Below, one piece after another: positions 28,501 to 40,632 of a stretch of DNA of 64,000 nt (position 1 is its first letter; every line of letters starts with the position of its first letter). The notes below the pieces were generated by a model, which was not told the DNA's origin, searched no databases, and saw only the letters and a program-made list of their open reading frames with translations. The stretch comes from Catajapyx aquilonaris (Eukaryota), in the NCBI GenBank assembly GCA_000934665.2, contig JYFJ02001084.1, positions 1 to 64,000 on the forward strand, written 5' to 3'. A program made the position numbers and the translations under genes.

Positions 28501-31500
28501 CTGAAAGAAACATTTTTTTTGTGTTGAGGATGGACCTTCGCACCTTCTAATAATCGTGGACCCTGGTGGTCGTGTCCTTCAAATCATGCGTTGCCTGGAC
28601 AAGACAGACAAGGGCACACCCGATGCAATATCAGGACAACAATGGTGCTGAGGAGACCGTCGAAGCCTTGCCTTGAGGCAACATCCCTGGACACCTTCTA
28701 CAACAATCAATCACTAGGGCCACATTAGGCTATTATTATTAGAGTGATTTTCAATATTTTGGAACACCCTTAGCTCTGTATTTATACACTCGACATCTAG
28801 GGGACATTCGGGTGCATCCAGATTACGTCCCATGGATATCCCTTGGATGTCCGAATCCGATATCCAGGAGACATCCAACCTGTATATCCCTTGGATGCCC
28901 GAATCTGATATCCAGGAGACATCCAACCTGTATATCCCTTGGATGCCTGAATCCGATATCCAGGAGACATCCAACCTGTATATCCCTTGGATGCCTGAAT
29001 CCGATATCCAGGAGACATCCAACCTGTATATCCCTTGGATGCCCGAATCCGATATCCAGGAGACATCCGACCTGGATATTCCTTGGATGCCCGAATCAGA
29101 TATCCAGGAGACATCCAACCTGTATATCCCTTGGATGCCTGAATCCGATATCCAGGAGACATCCGACCTGGATATTCCTTGGATGCCCGAATCCGATATC
29201 CAGGAGATATCCAACCTGTATATCCCTTGGATGCCTGAATCCGATATCCAGGAGACATCCAACCTGTATATCCCTTGGATGCCTGAATCCGATATCCAGG
29301 AGACATCCGACCTGGATATCCCTTGGATGCCCGAATCCGATATCCAGGAGACATCCGACCTGGATATTCCTTGGATGCCCGAATCCGATATCCAGGAGAC
29401 ATCCGACCTGGATATTCCTTGGATGCCCGAATCCGATATCCAGGAGACATCCAACCTGGATATCCCTTGGATGCCCGAATCCGATATCCAGGAGACATCC
29501 AACCTGGATATCCCTTGGATATCAGATTCGGGCATCCAAGGGATATCCATGGGACGTTATCTGGATGCATCCGAATGTCCCCTGGATGTCGAGTCTGATA
29601 GGTCTGACATCCAGGAGATGTCATATGGATATCTATGTGCTACTGGGGATGTCAATCAGGATGTAAGGATCAAATTATTGAAGGGGGAAACACGCAGTTA
29701 TTCAGTGTGAATACATGATGGTCATAAGATCTGCTTTTCTGTAGTACCGTGACGCAACCCACTTTGATATCCTTGATTGGACTGCTACTCCAAAAGAATA
29801 TGAGCATGCAACCTTTCGTCCTGGTTGCATATCCTAATTAGTGGGTCATTGGCCCATTCGAAGGGGCATGGTCCGTTACCAACTCATCCACCATGCACAC
29901 AACACACACACTCTCTCTCAGGTGTTATCTGGATGTGTTATCTATCACGCAAAAGCCCACTGACCAACCAGCGTGCTCGAGTGCCCGTGACCACCAACTC
30001 ACTCCATCATAATAATGGCACCCAGACCACACACAGGGTCATGCAACTGGGACACCACAATCAAATTAATAATATGCAATTAGACAGGTCTATATTTGTT
30101 TATATCCTTTTCAGCTTACACCAGTTGGAAACAGTGTCTTCCGTAATGTGCATGCGGTGGATGCGGACTCTGGTGTGAACGGGCTGGTGGATTACTTCAC
30201 TATACCAGGCGATGGCTCTCCGTCTGATGGTCACGGAGTCTTCTCAATCAACCTTCCGCACCAAGGGATAGTCACACTCAACCGGAGCCTTGACTATGAG
30301 AGGACCCAGATTTACTTCCTCACCATCGTTGCATCCGTAAGTCACCGAATCATCCCTGGTGGACACCACCGCAGTTCCGTCTCAGCCTGGGAATTGTTTA
30401 ATTATTGTGTGTTTTGCAGGACCGTGCTTTGAACACATCGGAGAGGTTCTCCACGACTACTACTCTGACCATCAACGTGCTGGATAGTGATGACCAAGAC
30501 CCTTCTTTTGTGTATAGCGGCTGCATGGTGGTCAACAGAGCGTGCATCAACGCCGAGTACACTGCCACCGTACGTAGCAAGAACTGTCACCCCCGCTACA
30601 CCAGGTACCTAATGCATTGTTTTATTGCAGGTGCAGAGCGGGAAGGCACTGGGCGTCCTGGATGTGTATCCAGAGCGTATCAGAGCTGTGGACATGGACT
30701 CCCTCAATTCACCCATCCGCTACAGTCTATTGAGTGGTCAGCCAATCACTTACCAAGATTACTTTGAGATCGATCCAGTGTCGGGAGCTCTCAAGCAGCT
30801 AAGGCCTGTCGAGAGGAATGTTGCCTCCAGTTTCGACCTCATCGTTAAGGTACTGTTGGTATAAAATCAGTTGTGGCATGCACGTCTGACGCTGCTTCTA
30901 TCTGCAGGCTGAGGAGCTGAGCGACAGCGGTCGGTTCACAACGGCTAAGCTGCACATCATCGTCCAGGCGATTGACAGCCATCCGCCAGTCATTGAAGCC
31001 AACTCTGTGCAAGGGTATGTGGATGAGAATGCGCCTGTTGGAACCGTCGTGGTTTCCAGTAAGGACACCATGGCACCACTCAGGCTGTACATCAGGGATG
31101 ATGATTTGGTGAGTAAAATATGACTGCGAAACCTGCATTTATTACTAACCCCATATTTCCCAGGCACCTGGCGACCCTCGTCCGGGATACCAGTACGAGC
31201 TGACTACTCCATACTTCCGGATAGACCAACAAGGAATAGTAGTGGTGAACCAGGACCATTTGGACCGTGACCCTCCGAATCCTGGCAGCTTCCACTTCCA
31301 GGTAATGTACCGCACACTAACGCTGAAATTGTCACCTTGTAACGATGTTGTTGCTAGGTGGTGGCTCGTGAGGTTGGAGCGGGTGCGGCCAGTGCTCCTG
31401 TGTCGCTCACCGTGCACTTGAAAGACGTTAACGACAATATGCCAGAGTTTGTTGCCACCAAGCCTGTCACCATGAGAGCTGGGGATGGACGACGGAGGGT

Positions 31501-34500
31501 GGTGCAGGTACATGCAAGCGACAACGATGCGGGTGACAATGCCAGAATTGAGTACACCATACACCATGTGTCAAACAACGGACGGGACAAGTTTGTCATT
31601 AACGGTACAACAGGAGAAATAGATAGCGTTGGAAAATTATCAGCCGGAGAGCAGTACAGCATCACTGTAGTGGTAAGTTTACAGGCTAACGCAATCCATT
31701 AGTAACAAACTAATGCTAATTTTTAATCGGTTAAGGCGTCCGACCGAGGTGGTATGTCCAGCCAGAACATTATCGAGGTTGAGGTTGTGCCAGGTCCAAA
31801 CTTGCGTCCTCCAGTCTTCAAGCAGCAGATATACGATGCGCAAGTGAGCGAAGGAGCAGCAATTCGTTCATCCGTCATCACTATCACGGTATGTCACATT
31901 ATTAACCGTTGGTGTTATCCGTGAGTAAAACCTGACATTTTGTAGGCGAATGATCCCGAAGGAGATGTGGTGCACTATTCCATCACATCTGGCAATGACC
32001 TTCTCCAGTTCGGGATTGGTGACACATCTGGAGTCATCACCGTCATAAGGAGTCTGGACAGGGAGGAGCTCAGTCGATACTCGCTGGTACGTTTTTGTCA
32101 GAAACATTGCTCCCATTTTTTAATATTGAAGAGCGTTTCATAGCAGACACATAATTTCAGGTGATCCGAACTGAAGACAACGGTGGTCTGTCAAGTACCG
32201 CGACAGTCAATGTTCGAGTGACAGACATCAACGACAAGAACCCGGAGTTCACAGGCCTTCCCTACCTTTTCCACGTGTCCGAAGGCTTGGCTAATCAGCT
32301 CATAGGAAAAGTGACCGCAACTGATGCTGATGCCGACCAGAACGGACAGGTGTACTACTCAGTTCCGACCGACTCGCCAGTCAGTATCGACCGCAACACT
32401 GGTGAAGTGAGGACCAGGTCGGCACTGGACTATGAGAAGCAGAAGGTCCACCTTGTAGTCGTCACAGCTCGTGATGGTGGCCCTGACCCCAGGATAGCAA
32501 CAGCGACTTTGACCCTGTCTGTGGACGACCTGCAGGATGAGCCTCCAGTCTTTAGGAGGACTACGTACGAGGCTAATGTACCAGAAAACGTGCCGGACTA
32601 CCTCGTCGTTCAAGTGCAGGTGAGGCTGGACTCTTGTCGCATAATGTGTAAAACAATCGTAATATTATGAGTAGACATAGTGACCGTCAACAAAGTTTTA
32701 TCATAATCACATCTCAAAACTCGATTCCAGGCTGACGATGCGGACACCACGCCAAAAGTGACATACGTCATCAATCAAGGGCCAGTTGACAAATTCTCGA
32801 TTGATCGTGAAACTGGGGCTATTCGAACCACTCAGGCCTTGGACTTTGAGGAAGAAAATCGTTACGTCCTGATCGTCGGGACTAATGAGAACACCGGGAG
32901 CATGCTCGGAAGCACCACTACTGTCCTCATTAACGTTGAGGTATGATTGTTGCGATGTTACATTGGTCTTGCGAGACTAATACATTCTTGTTTTGCAGGA
33001 TCGGAATGACATTCCGCCTGTTTTCACTGAGGTTCCGAGGCCCATCAGGCTGCAAGACACTGACAGCGTCGGAACTACAATTACCAGCGTGATTGCCACA
33101 GACTCGGACGGTACAGCACCTGGAAATAAAGTAAGTCGTATCGACCCTGTTGCGACGCACTGTTTTACATATGCTCTCTACCTGCAGGTCAAGTATGAAG
33201 TCATAGGCAGAGGAAAGGCTGGACGGTACTTCCAAATAGATGCTGACACTGGAGTCATAAGAATAAGAGATGACCTTCGGAAAGAGTTGGACAAGGAATA
33301 TCAGGTAGTGTGTGCTGGACGAATCTCAATTTTGCACAATGCGGATCTACTTGTGTCGTTTGTGAAACTTGTCCAACTTGTACGAACATTGTTTGCAGAT
33401 AATTGTGCGTGCGTACGACCTGGGTGAGCCGCAGCTGGCGAGTCAGACGACAGTGAACGTGTTTGTCGATCATGTCGCAACCATGCCTCCAGACACGGGT
33501 GTTGGTTTTGCCGAGCAGTACTACACCGTGGAGGTGCCTGAAAACTCAGTGACTGGCACTGTTATCAAGAAGCTGACCGTTATCAACAAGCCATCAGACC
33601 TGGTCCCAGTCGAATGTGAAATTATCGCAGGCAACGAGGACAGACTCTTTGCAGTGGTGATGGATTCCAAGGACCGAGACTGTACCATGCAGCTCACAAC
33701 GCCGAAGTTAGATCACGAGATCCGGCAACGATACAATGTGTCAGTCCGGCTTAACACGTTGTCGGGACTGGTCAGCCCCATGAAGACTATCACTACGGTC
33801 AGTTCATTTTGTTAATAAATGTTAGCGTACTTTTATACGGTGACAATAAATGTTTGTTGTTACAGATCAACATCCGAGTACTGGATGTGAATGATAACCG
33901 GCCGGAATTTATGGTTCCGAAGAGGTTCCAGCAACTGGATAAGCAGCATTACCTGGTGGCAGTACCTCGAGATGCGCAGGTGGACACGACTGTGCTTCAA
34001 GTGCAGGTATGAAGCGCGACAGGAGCGTGACCGCGGAGTACTAACCGAGCATGTTTTGACAGGCGACTGACAAGGATACTGGACGGTTTGGTCAGCTGAT
34101 CTATGATCTCGACCCTGCGACCAACAACATGAGCTATTTCAGCATCGACAAGAACTCGGGTGTTATCAAGACTGAGAAGACTTTTGATGGCGTGGATTCT
34201 GATTGGCTGCCATTCAAGCTGCTTGTCAGGGTCCGTGACAATCCAGGAGACCCCAAGAACTCGCTGACCTCGGAAATACCTGTTGTCGTAAGTATGATAA
34301 AAAAGAAAGGAAAATAATATGATCTTCAAATGCGAATGTTAATTTTCAGATCAACCTGATCAGTGATGATCACAGGATGGTTCTGGTGATCAGTGACACT
34401 CCACCGCACCAGGTCAAGAGTCACGAGGATCAGATGGTGGAGATCATGCAGGACCAGGCACACCTTTTGGTCGGAGTTGAGAAGGTGGCAGTGGCCAAGT

Positions 34501-35746
34501 TCATCTCGGAGAACAACAGCTTGGAGACGGACTCGACCAGCACCAACGTCTGGTTCTATGCTATTGCTCCGGACAGAGAGACCATCCTGAGCAGGACGGA
34601 CAGCCTCGTCCAAAGGTCAGTCAGATTGTTGCGTAATTTCCATATGGAGGACAAATGGAAACAGCTTTTACAAAACCGTTGGTCTTGCAGGAACATCCTG
34701 AGCAAGAATGCTACGACCAACATCGCATATTACATATCAAGCAACTTGGGCGTCCGAGCAACTGAAATTCATGAGCCACTCAAGGTGGTGCCGGTTGCAC
34801 CAGTAGCTCCTGTAGTAAAGAGCGGCGGAGACTGGGACGGGTTCCCGGCTACTCTTGTAGCCATCGGAGCAGTCATCTTCTTCTGCGGTATCGCTGGTGT
34901 TGTCTACATCTGCCTGGCATGGAGAAGGTCAGTTAGACAAAATTCCCGACCAACTCGGATCTGACCGACATTTGACTTTTAGGTACAAGAGTCGTAAGGA
35001 GCGGGCGGCCAGAATGATTGTGGTGCCAAAGTATGAGCCAGTCTTTGTTGAGCCGAACCTCAAGGAATATGAGACGCAGGTATGAGCATAGCTTCCTATT
35101 GTGCTTACGAGGTCTTGACATGACCCGCTTCTTTCAGGTGTTGCAGATGAGTATGGCCGTGGATGACAACGACAGCTTTAATGACCTCCAGCTGGACTTT
35201 AGCACCAATAAGAGCCATGCCTTTAGCCTTGACAATGTTAGCTACATTACAAAAGACACAGCGGGAGACAGCATAGGTTCGTTTGAACATTGTTGTCGTT
35301 GCGACCAGTTTTTTGACTAGTTTGTTTCAGGCAAGAATAGCCCTGTCGACAGCGCCTTGTCCGAGGCGGCCACAACAGCCAGGGTGGACAGCCGGGCTGA
35401 GCGGACCGACTCTGAGCGAGAGGTGGTCGGAAACAGTCGGCGGCACCTCTTAGAACTAGAAATGGAAAGGGAGGAGCTTTCTCCTGTCCGCAACCCCCTC
35501 TATGACAGGTGGGGCAATGCTCTCAGGTCAGCACTGCCTATCTACACACCTTTTCCGCATGTTAGTGGGATCACACTCGAACCGATTCCATCTTACAGGT
35601 GCTCTGACGACGAGGATGAAGAGGGCATCCTGAACGTCAGTGCCACTAACGACAACGTCATGTTCAAGGAGAAGAAAGACTACTGCAAGATGGGGTTCAA
35701 CTACCTGAACGACTCCTCGCCAGTGGAGGCAACTACAGAGCTGTAG
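16514..35746 (+). CDS. Cad99C: Cadherin-99C / protocadherin-15 ortholog, ~25 coding exons
   Basis: Signal-peptide exon 16514-16595 (MRKPRLRWWLALFVAALAAATAAG). Exon 24688-24753 encodes CKVATGQSSIILDMEESRG. Further exons at 24816-24994, 25057-25179 and ~21 exons from 30115 to 35746 separated by short GT-AG introns. Many cadherin Ca-binding motifs (DVNDNAP, LDYE, DINDKNP, ATDAD), TM segment LVAIGAVIFFCGIAGVVYICLAW, cytoplasmic YEPVFVEPNLKEYETQVL, and C-terminal SPVEATTEL resembling the Drosophila Cad99C class I PDZ-binding tail. Confidence 0.92.
17875..18322. mobile_element. TIR element family (CAACCGAGTGCGCACC ends), copy 1 of 3, with internal AAAC/AAAT-rich tract
   Basis: Left CAACCGAGTGCGCACCC and right GGTGCGCCCTCGGTTTCGCTCGTTAAAAAATTC. 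Shares TGGCAACGTCGCAAAC and AGCGTTGGAAATAC with 46021-46893. Confidence 0.7.
19961..20214 (+). mobile_element. tRNA-derived SINE with Deu/Nin-like core
   Basis: 16-bp TSD AAAGTCCAGTTGGTCC (19945-19960 and 20215-20230). A-box TGGACTAGTGG, decayed B-box, and core GTAAAGCCGTCGGTCCC...GCACGTTAAAGATCCC. Confidence 0.8.
21002..21098. mobile_element. Very short TA-flanked mariner-type MITE
   Basis: TA-CAGTGTGTTTCGCAATTTAGCTC ... GAGCTAAATTTTTGAAACACACGG-TA. Confidence 0.6.
21598..21961. mobile_element. ~360-bp fully palindromic MITE with 7-bp TSD, copy 1
   Basis: CAGGGAGCAT...ATGCTCCCTG; TSD GTACGGT on both sides. Confidence 0.9.
23138..23790 (+). mobile_element. Helentron/DINE-1-like non-autonomous repeat interrupted by the 7-bp-TSD MITE
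   Basis: Colinear with 39231-39630 (GATTCGAGTAxACTTTTTCTCATTG, GGAAAACCGGAAG, TCCGAATCCGAAAACCG, GTCCACAGACGGACGGACGGACAGA). The GACG microsatellite suggests the family. Confidence 0.6.
23198..23544. mobile_element. Palindromic MITE with 7-bp TSD, copy 2
   Basis: CAGGGAGCATATA...TATATGCTTCCTG; TSD ATCGGAT on both sides. Confidence 0.9.
28788..29594. repeat. 48-bp minisatellite (~14 copies) bracketed by ~75-bp inverted repeats
   Basis: Unit TATCCCTTGGATGCCCGAATCCGATATCCAGGAGACATCCAACCTGTA. Flanks ACTCGACATCTAGGGGACATTCGGGTGCATCCAGA... and ...TCTGGATGCATCCGAATGTCCCCTGGATGTCGAGT are reverse complements. Confidence 0.92.
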
Positions 35747-35869
35747 CCTGTAGCAACAATAATGCTCATCCCTCACACTGTGTCGCAGTGGTGCCAAAAA
35801 CTAGTGTCCGAAACAGTCGTGGCCTTGGCAGCGGTACTGTATGACATTACATTTCGTGCGGAATTATTA

Positions 35870-35998
35870 GGGAGCGTTTACATGTGAGTGATTCGCTTAG
35901 CGATGAAACGAATTGTTTGGGGCGACAGTAACAATTGCGTTTCGCTTCCAAACAATTGATTTCATCGGTGATCAAATCGTTCACATGTAAATGGGGCC
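35870..35998. mobile_element. PIF/Harbinger-type foldback MITE just downstream of the Cad99C stop
   Basis: TTA-GGGAGCGTTTACATGTGA ... TCACATGTAAATGGGGCC-TTA, with inner arms GATGAAACGAATTGTTTGG / CCAAACAATTGATTTCATC. Confidence 0.75.
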
Positions 35999-37094
35999 TT
36001 AGGTCGACGCTGCAAGGTATGTGATTACAATTAACATCAATTGGTAGTCGCATTGTAACAACACCTTCCGAAAAGCCTATGACCGTCTGATATCAAACCG
36101 TACTTGACGAACAACTGAAGAAGAAATTAATAATTCATCCAGAAATGGTTGTCATTCTGACACTGCCAATTCACTGCGTAGTGCACAGAGACTATTGTTT
36201 GAAAAAGGCATTTTTTTTCTTCAAAGAGAGACCATTGTTGAACTTGTGACAAACCCGCATTTTATACGTCGAATATTCAACGAAAGTGTGACATCTTTTG
36301 GTGTGTAATTTTTTTTTTTTTTACTTCTCCCCACGTAAAACAACAACTGGTCATTAGATCTGCTCAATGTGTCAATGGTGACTGTAAATATTTCTTGTGC
36401 TACAGGGTGTTCCAGAAAAGGGCCTTGCCATACCACACCCTGTATTTTTTTTTTTTTTTAAGCTGCGGAACTGAAGAGAACTTCAACAATTGACAACTAG
36501 GCCAGAATTACAACAATGTTTTTTTTTTTTTTGCGTATTGTACAGTCTTCCGACAAAATATTTTTTCCCCACAAACTGTAGGCGTGCAATATACTTTTTT
36601 TTTCTTTCTTTTCTATCCTCCAATTATCGAATGTGAAATTTTTATCATATGCATTATGTTTTTTATAATTTATTGTCAGAAGCCCATCCCCTCCCCCCAG
36701 CCTCTAATACTTTTGTTTTATACACATTATTACAATAATGAAATCTGTGTGAGTGACTTGTGCACTGTAAAGAGAGTGATGTACTGTACAGACAACAATG
36801 ACAGAGTATGAACCTCACGGCATGTGGTTTTATTCGTGACATTGATTCAAATGCACTCCTTCGGTCCAAATCATCAAGTTTTTCGCAAAAAAAAAGTTCA
36901 ATAAAAAAATAATACGTAGCAGTAAATTAATTTAACGACATAACGATAATACATAAAAGACATTAATATACTGTAGAAAAATCCGTAATTAATAAAAATA
37001 TATGCTACTAATAAATTGCGATTTTTATGTTATAAAATAATATAATAACGTAAAAATCACAAGAAATAGTAGTAAATTAAAAGTTGTTGGCAGC

Positions 37095-37097
<3 letters not shown>

Positions 37098-37130
<33 letters not shown>

Positions 37131-37380
37131 GATACCCCGTGATAGGCCTTGGGCCTCTTAGGGGATCTTCTTTTCGTGAACCGACTTTAATCATTGCCTG
37201 CGTGTGATGGATTTTGATTGCGGGAGGAAACGGGAGAACCCCGAGAAAACCCACGCGAACACGGAGAGAACCCATTGAAACTCTATCCACATAAGTATCC
37301 TCTGTCCGATCCGGGGATCGAACTCGGGACCTTAGAGGTGGAAGGCTGCGACGCTAACCACTCCGCCACCGTGTCGCCCT
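37098..37380 (-). mobile_element. Full-length tRNA-derived V-domain SINE
   Basis: 17-bp TSD AAGTTGTTGGCAGCATA (37081-37097 and 37381-37397). The minus strand has A-box TGGCGGAGTGG, B-box GTTCGATCC, V-like core GTTCTCTCCGTGTTCGCGTGGGTTTTCTCGGGGTTCTCCCGTTTCCTCCC and a (TTA)n tail. Confidence 0.88.
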
Positions 37381-37917
37381 AAGTTGTTGGCAGCATATTT
37401 TATTAACATCATCAATTTAACAATTAACATCAGTCATAATACATATTTCCAAATTTTCAGTCATGCAAGAATTGGTCCAAACTTTGTTTGGCTCAAGATT
37501 GCTTGCCAATTTTTTTTTTGTTACAAAATCATATTTTCAAATTAATTATTAACTTAACAAAATATACAGTATAGAGCAAAATGAAATGGCTGGCATTAAA
37601 TCAAAATTAATTAAAAATTTAAATATCAAAATATTTTCACAGTTGATTATACTCGTAATTAGAAACATGATATCTACACGTACAATTATGATTCATTTAC
37701 TGCACTGCTTTATTCTTGAAGTAGGTTGCTGGAGCAAACAACTCGTTTTGTGTTTGGCTCAAGATTTCTTGCCAGTTTGTGTTAACAATGTTCCGCAATT
37801 CCCGCTAAAATTTTTATTTTAAATTAAATTAAATCTCGGCCAATTAATTGCCAATTTGAGACGTACGTAAAATATTAAACTGCAAAATTTTAAATTACCT
37901 TCAAACTTAAATTGAAC

Positions 37918-38275
37918 TGAAATTAATAATGGAAATTTTATGAAAAATTAATAATGAAAAATTAATAATTAATAGTGGAAATTTTATGAAAAATTAATAA
38001 TGAAAAATTAATAATTAATAGTGGAAATTTTATGAAAAATTAATAATGAAAAATTAATAATTAATAGTGGAAATTTTAGGAAAAATAAATAATGAAAAAT
38101 TAATAATGAAAAATTAATAAGGAAAAATTAAAAATTAATAATAAAATAAATAAATGAAAATAATGGAAAATGAATAATTAATAATGGAAATTTTATGAAA
38201 AATTGATAATGAAAAATGAATAATTAATAATAAAATAAACAAATTAAAATAATGAATAATAAATAATAAATAAAA
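37918..38275. repeat. AT-rich minisatellite built from GAAAAATTAATAAT / GGAAATTTTAT units
   Basis: Tandem ~46-bp higher-order units, almost devoid of C. Confidence 0.85.
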
Positions 38276-39230
38276 ATCATTAGAAATGATTCCTTTGTTA
38301 CAATCAATTTAGGCTGTTATGGATTCACTTTCTTTTTTTCTCTCTCTCTCTTGAAGTCGGTTGCTGGAGCGAACAACCCGTACCTTTTCTTCCCTATTGT
38401 ATATGTGGATGATGACTAACTAGTGTGAATCCGATCCGCCCCCGCAATCCTTCCCGTCAATCGGTGCAAGTCAGTCAGTGAATGCAAGTAGTGCAGTACG
38501 TCCTTCCGTCGTTGAATGAAAAGACACGTCGGTATGCGCCTACCTCCGTGTGACGTACGCGTGTGCATTGGCACAAATTTAGACACGCTGCCGGGGGAAT
38601 GACGAAGCAAGAAGCCAGAGATTTTTTGGGAAGAGGTCCAGGCAGCCAGTCGCCATCATTTCCTGTGCTGTGCCTCTGTGGAAAGTACTCCACTGCTGGG
38701 AGGGGGGAGCTCGGTCCTTTGCCCTTTCCAGTGTAGCTGCAAGCATCATCGGTATGCCTTAAGTGTACGGTGCAAGTGTACACACACGACAGCGCAGTGA
38801 GACGACCCGTACGGCGGCGCATAGGGGGGGCTATATTTACATCCCTTCATGAATTCGAGGGTTTAAATATAGCCGCTTTTTCCGGCAGACCCAAAACCCA
38901 CAAGCGAACACAAGAGAAGAAGCAGACACTCACACGACGACGTGTGTGCAAAGTGGGTCGGTACCGACGTACGACGGGTCTGATTAGACCAAAAAAATAA
39001 GAAGAAGAAAGGTTGCGCGCCGTTTGACGGCAACTGCAGCTGATGTGGAGTGGATTCGTGGACATGTGCGCAGTACTGTCGGAACGGTGCAAGGTATGTC
39101 CGCCGGTACACACGGCATTGTCATCCCAGTCGTAACAATTGTACCTCAACGGATACATAAATTATATTCTGGCAAAATCGCTTTGACACAAATTTTTTTT
39201 AACAAAAAAAGAAATGTGGCAAATCAGCGT

Positions 39231-39630
39231 GATTCGAGTATACTTTTTCTCATTGTGCATCGGAAAATGAGATTGACAACTTTGTTGAATGCGATACGAT
39301 ACAAGATGCGATCGTGGACAACAATGACGTAGAATGTGGTCAGTCTCATTTCCCGGTGGAAAATTAATCTATAACGTGTATAATAATTTACCTTGGTGGA
39401 TAGAGTGGACCTGGAAAACCGGAAGGGGTCGGTCTCCGGAAGTTGAGCATGTAGCCGATATAGTGCCGATATAATCCGGAAGTTCAGCATGTAGCCGATA
39501 TAGTGCCGATATAGTGCCGACATAGTCCACTGAATCCGAATCCGAAAACCGCTTGTAGCTTAGATAACTACTGCGATTTAAGGCCCTGATACATGTCCAC
39601 AGACGGACGGACGGACAGATCCGTTCTGTT
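39231..39630 (+). mobile_element. Helentron/DINE-1-like repeat, second copy, with internal GCCGATATAGT tandem
   Basis: Colinear with 23138-23790 once the MITE there is removed. Confidence 0.6.
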
Positions 39631-40067
39631 TGACTTTTTTTTCAATGAGAATAAGTACATAAAAGGAGGCTAACTGTGAACATTTAATGGGTTTACTTCC
39701 AAATAATATTACAACAATGACTGATGATGTCATGAAAAATAGCTCGGTACATAATATGCGTCCGAAACATTATTTTGGGACCAATACAGTTCGAAGCCGT
39801 TTCGGGTGATTACGACTTATTTTTTTATTGTTATGTTTATGACAGGAAACAGCATGCGGCCATACATCACCAGCTGAGAAATAGCCGCATGTATACCTAC
39901 AGAATTCCCGAGCAACCCGAAGCGGTTCTGGAACCGGCTCACTTACTTGTACAGTATGTCGCAAATCCTGATTGTTGATCATATCAGTAAAAAAATTCGG
40001 TTGTTGGCACAATAATAGTGCGCTACAGACCGAATTGTTGCTGACGAGTTGGCCAACTACTCTCACG

Positions 40068-40625
40068 TCAGTAGTCCGGAAGTGGGTTATAGGTAGGTGG
40101 GACAAACATACGTACAAACCGTCCCCTTTATACTTGTATTTATGTAAGATATGAGATGATCAACAATCTGGATTGGCGATACTGTTCGGCCAGTTTGTCG
40201 AGTTTCAGCAGTCTCAGTAGTCCTGAAGTGGGTTAAGTAGGTTGGACAAACATACGTACAAACCTTCAGTTTTATATATGTAAGACTAGCACGGTCTGTT
40301 TTTCCATGGTAATGTTATCAACAACAATCAGTCGTTGTTTTTTTAGATGCCATGGTAACCCAGTTGCCATGGACAAACAAACAAACTTTCCTTCATATAA
40401 TTATGATGTAAGATATAAAGACAATGTGGTGAGACGGGAGTGCCATCTGTGGTGTGCGTATAAAAATAAACTAAATTTTGGGTATTTATACGTTTTTAAA
40501 AAGTGAGGTGGTTTTCAAACTTTCTCCTCATCATCGGCATGCAATGTAGTGTGCCAAGTTTCAGCACTCTCAGTAGTCCGGAAGTGGGTTAGGTAACATA
40601 CATGCCAACAAACTTTCCCGTTTAC
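40068..40625. repeat. Three clustered copies of a Helitron-like end motif (TCAGTAGTCCGGAAGTGGGTTA...AACATAC)
   Basis: Copies near 40068, 40213 and 40568. Related copies at 21125-21155 and, reverse-complemented, at 13615-13680. Confidence 0.55.
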
Positions 40626-40632
40626 ACTATGA

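Noticed and set aside
28714..29710. Four overlapping 275-292-aa repeat ORFs and a CRISPR-like regular spacing
   Set aside because: The units are contiguous 48-mers with no unique spacers, there are no cas genes and the context is a eukaryotic intron. The ORFs are a by-product of a unit length divisible by 3.
37300..37380. tRNA-like sequence with A and B boxes
   Set aside because: It is the head of a SINE (core domain, TTA tail, 17-bp TSD), not a stand-alone tRNA gene.
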